Shown here: positions 60,380-64,000 of the stretch, piece by piece
Layout of the letters: each line of letters begins with the position of its first letter
Numbering within the stretch: position 1 is the first letter of the stretch
From: Sphaerodactylus townsendi
Lineage: Eukaryota
Reading direction: 5' to 3'
Length of the DNA: 64,000 bases
NCBI RefSeq assembly: GCF_021028975.2
Contig: NC_059426.1
Coordinates: 31,124,001-31,188,000, forward strand
The notes under the pieces: generated by a model
The model's input: the letters and a program-made list of their open reading frames with translations, nothing else
Told to the model about the DNA's origin: nothing
Database searches by the model: none
Made by a program: the position numbers and the translations under genes

Positions 60380-60440
<61 letters not shown>
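59853..60440 (+). mobile_element. RTE-X-like LINE 3' fragment with (GATT)15 tail
   Basis: Encodes FNSFPSASTKGRY..RYCCC..SLTHVLLEC; 3' end tgccaataaag; 13-bp TSD GATTAAGTTATAC (59840-59852 and 60437-60449). Confidence 0.85.
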
Positions 60441-60466
60441 AAGTTATACTCTGTTTATTATGACAG

Positions 60467-60637
60467 ACACGTTTACTGGACAGACTGGGCCGAACGACCA
60501 TATATTGGACGGGCAGGAATGGATGGCAAAAACAAGACCGTGGTTGTCTCTACCAAGTTAGAATGGCCTAATGGACTGACCATAGATTACACCAATGACA
60601 AGCTCTACTGGGCCGATGCCCACCTAAACTACATTGA
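60467..60637 (+). CDS. LRP2: LRP2 exon (171 nt) HVYWTDW...AHLNYI
   Basis: tgacag| and GA|gtacgt, phase 2-2. Confidence 0.95.
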
Positions 60638-60889
60638 GTACGTACATAGAGAAGAATAAAGCAACTGGGTAACTCTTCATACCAAATTTTGGGATTACCA
60701 CATTAGAATCATTAGATTAAAAACGATTACTAATTAGAACGTATCATTTGGCCTAGGGTGCAAATGTAGCAATGAACATTGTCACTAGTGTGCAAAAATA
60801 TCAAAATCGAGTGGGACAGCTTTCTCTTTTGCTCACAACTTCATATACATACTTAAACTTCAAAGTAACTATTAAAGTAGAAAGTGGAT

Positions 60890-61061
60890 CTTTGTATCTG
60901 AGATTGCAAATGCCTTAGCAGACCAGGTGCTCGCGAGCAGCAGCAGCAGAAGGCCATTGCTTTCACATCCTGCATGTGAGCTCCCAAAGGCATCTGGTAG
61001 CAGAGTGCTGGACTAGATGGACTCTGGTCTAATCCAGCAGGCTCTTTCTAATGTTCTTATG
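60890..61061 (+). mobile_element. CR1 3' UTR fragment
   Basis: Near-identical to about 16970-17143. Confidence 0.85.
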
Positions 61062-62841
61062 TATATACTTCAAGTTTCCTGTCTGCATTTCTGTTCAGAA
61101 TTCAAATTCTGAAATCACAACACTGCAGTAATCTGTTGAAAGAGAGGAATTTCTCGTGTAGTTGATTTCCTTTCTTAGTTAGTTTCTCGGTTCATTATTA
61201 ATTCAAGACATCAATATGTAACATAGCAGAGAGTACAAAACAAAAAAAGCAGAAAGGCATTGGAGCTAAGTAAATGTTTAGATAAAAGATTTTAATCCTC
61301 GTGGAGTCACATGATCTGTATTCTGATTTACAAAGTATTATGGTGAAGAAAGCCTACAAGAAGCTCTGTGTGATATCCCAAAAGGCTTGGAATTATTTTA
61401 TTTATTTTATTTATTTATTTTTTCAATTTATTATACCGCCCCATCCCCGTAGGGCTCTGGGCGGTGTACAATACAATGCACATATACAAATAAGAATGCA
61501 CATTAATTAGAGATGTGTGGGAACATTTCCCCTTATTTATTGTGGCTCACAAATGATAAAAAGTCTAAAAACAATCATGGGATTTTATAATTGAAATAAA
61601 ACCCACGTTAAAAGAATTTCTAAGTAGTGAAATCAGAATTAGGGCCAAATGGGACAGGAGGGGTCCATGAGTCAGAATTTGTGGATGCTGCCGCCATTTT
61701 AAAAGGATTTAAAAATGCAGTGAGGACCTGATGGGGCCTGCAGGGTGGTGGGTGGCGTTGCCTTTGTCTTCCCCTCCCCCCCCCCACCTTTCCAAGTATC
61801 TGAATGGCCCTGGGGAAAGTGTGGCCCTTTTGGATCTGTGGACAGGTGCTCCAGTTTACCTGTGGTCTCGTTTAACCCTTAGTATGCAGTATCCCTAAGT
61901 AACTTTCCCATAAGTAATTGTGGGAATTTCACACACTTGCTGTTTCTCAGGATTGTAGGCGTTATTCCTGTGGGAAAGTTAGGCTCTCTGGTTGTACTTT
62001 AACATATGGGTAGACAAAAACAGCTGATTTTGGTCTCTGAACCCATGGACATGACAACAGAATTTTTGGAAAGTAGGAAGAATGTCTGAGGGATATACAG
62101 AGGTTCTCCAACCACATGCCAAATGATTCCTTGTGCTTCTGTGAGAGAGGATCCATACCTATGTACTTATTGAAGTTCCCTTCAGTAGTAAAGCCACAAT
62201 TCCCAGACCAGTGCAGGGCATTTTCATGTTTACATGAAATTTCATTATTACATTACTGAGGAGGAGGTCATAGTCCAGTTCTTAGAACAAATGCTTTTGT
62301 ATGCCCTTAGCATCTTCAGTTGAAAGAGTTCAGGTAGTATAATAAAGGCCTGGTTTATACCTGCGGAGGAATGAGATGCTGGAATGTAGAGTACCCATTT
62401 CAGCTCCAGATCATGGATTCCAGCACTGAATGTCCTTCACATTATTTTTTTAAAAACCTCCATGAGATGGAAACTAAAAAGAAGGGAGAAAGATACTATT
62501 CAGTCGGTTCATTGTTTGCAGTTTTAACATAGAATATTCCAAAATGTTATCATCCATCTACAGTCTGAAGTGGTACAGTCCATGCTACCACTTAATTCTT
62601 CTGCAGGTATAGACCATGCCTAAGAAACACCTTTGCCAGTGCCTTGAGATACTCTACTGTCAATCAGGGTTGATACTTCAGAACTGTTAGTCTGTTCCAT
62701 GTGAGGGATCTCCTTCTGTCTACACAGGAATTGGAGCTGAGTAAGAGGCAGTTGGTCACCTGCTGATTAATAAAATGTCCGGATTCTTGAGGCCCTTGAA
62801 CAAACCTAACAAAAGAGTAAATTCTCCCTCTTTTTATTTAG

Positions 62842-63204
<363 letters not shown>

Positions 63205-64000
63205 TAATCCTGTGAACGTTGTGTGGCCCTCTCAACGAGAGAACGAGGAGCTGAGAGAGTAAATGGCGGTCCATTTCTTTCTAAACATTTTAGTCCCATG
63301 CAGTAGATTTTGGGAACCAATCTCTTGGATATATTCATATGAGGAAAAAATATTGCTGGAATGTTCTAGATAGATAGGACGGTACAGCCTAACAGAAGAC
63401 ATCTCGTTTTGGGTAGAGGTTGTGGTTCAGTGCTAGATCAGATACTTCCATGCTGAAGATCTAAATGGCATCTCCATTAAAAAAAAATACTAATACCTTT
63501 GTCTGTTTGAGACCTTAAGAGTGTCACAATTTTGCCAGCACAGATAGGGCTAAAGTGGATGGGCCAATGGACTGATTCCATATGGTAGGCTCAGATGTTC
63601 CCTTGAAGTCAGACTGTTTCAGCCTTGTTCTCATGCCTGTTCCTGCCATCTACTTACTTTGTACTGTAACTTTTTGCTTGATTCTGAATTGGGTTATCCA
63701 TTTCTTTTGGTTAGATGTGGTGCTGAGACTGGGAGAGCATAGCTCTCTCAGCCTAAGGCCACCCAGTAAATTTATGCCTGAGGTGAGATTTGAGCCACCA
63801 GTCATCCAGATCATAGCTTGTTCCCTCAGCTACTACATTACCCTAGCAGTAGACTATTTTTCTGGGTTTGGGGCTCAGCTCACTCACCTCATACTTTGTT
63901 CTTGTATATTCCATCTGCCTCTTTCTGTGGGACTGTAGTTTTGTAACAGAGCACTTGAACATGTGACAAAGACAGGGGACAGAGAGAATATTTTATTCCT

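Overview
Vertebrate genomic DNA, almost certainly a squamate and probably a gecko, judged from the SINE, L2, CR1, Penelope and hAT repeat content. The window is the middle of LRP2 (megalin) on the + strand. I traced 28 coding exons from 2380 to 63151, all GT-AG and phase-compatible, giving 6348 nt (2116 codons) of open frame. They encode EGF repeats, YWTD beta-propellers, a full LDL-receptor class A cluster and the start of the next propeller. From memory this corresponds to about human exons 26-53; neither the start nor the stop codon is in the window. The introns are dense with transposons: hAT MITEs with 8-bp TSDs (including SPIN-like and hAT1-like elements), Harbinger-like MITEs with 3-bp TSDs, Tc1/mariner MITEs, tRNA- and 5S-derived SINEs, L2, CR1 and RTE-X-like LINE ends, and Penelope-like fragments. 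There are three N-gaps. No prokaryotic-type system such as CRISPR or an operon is present. The best leads are: (1) a frame-preserving 15-nt candidate microexon at 1088-1102 with SRRM3/4-type acceptor architecture; (2) Penelope-borne minimal hammerhead ribozyme motifs whose cores survive only antisense to LRP2; (3) a LINE inserted into a 3' splice-site region, with its (GATT)15 tail now occupying the branch-point zone; (4) non-autonomous hAT elements carrying captured or tandemly amplified cargo. Repeat family names and human comparisons come from recall and need database confirmation.
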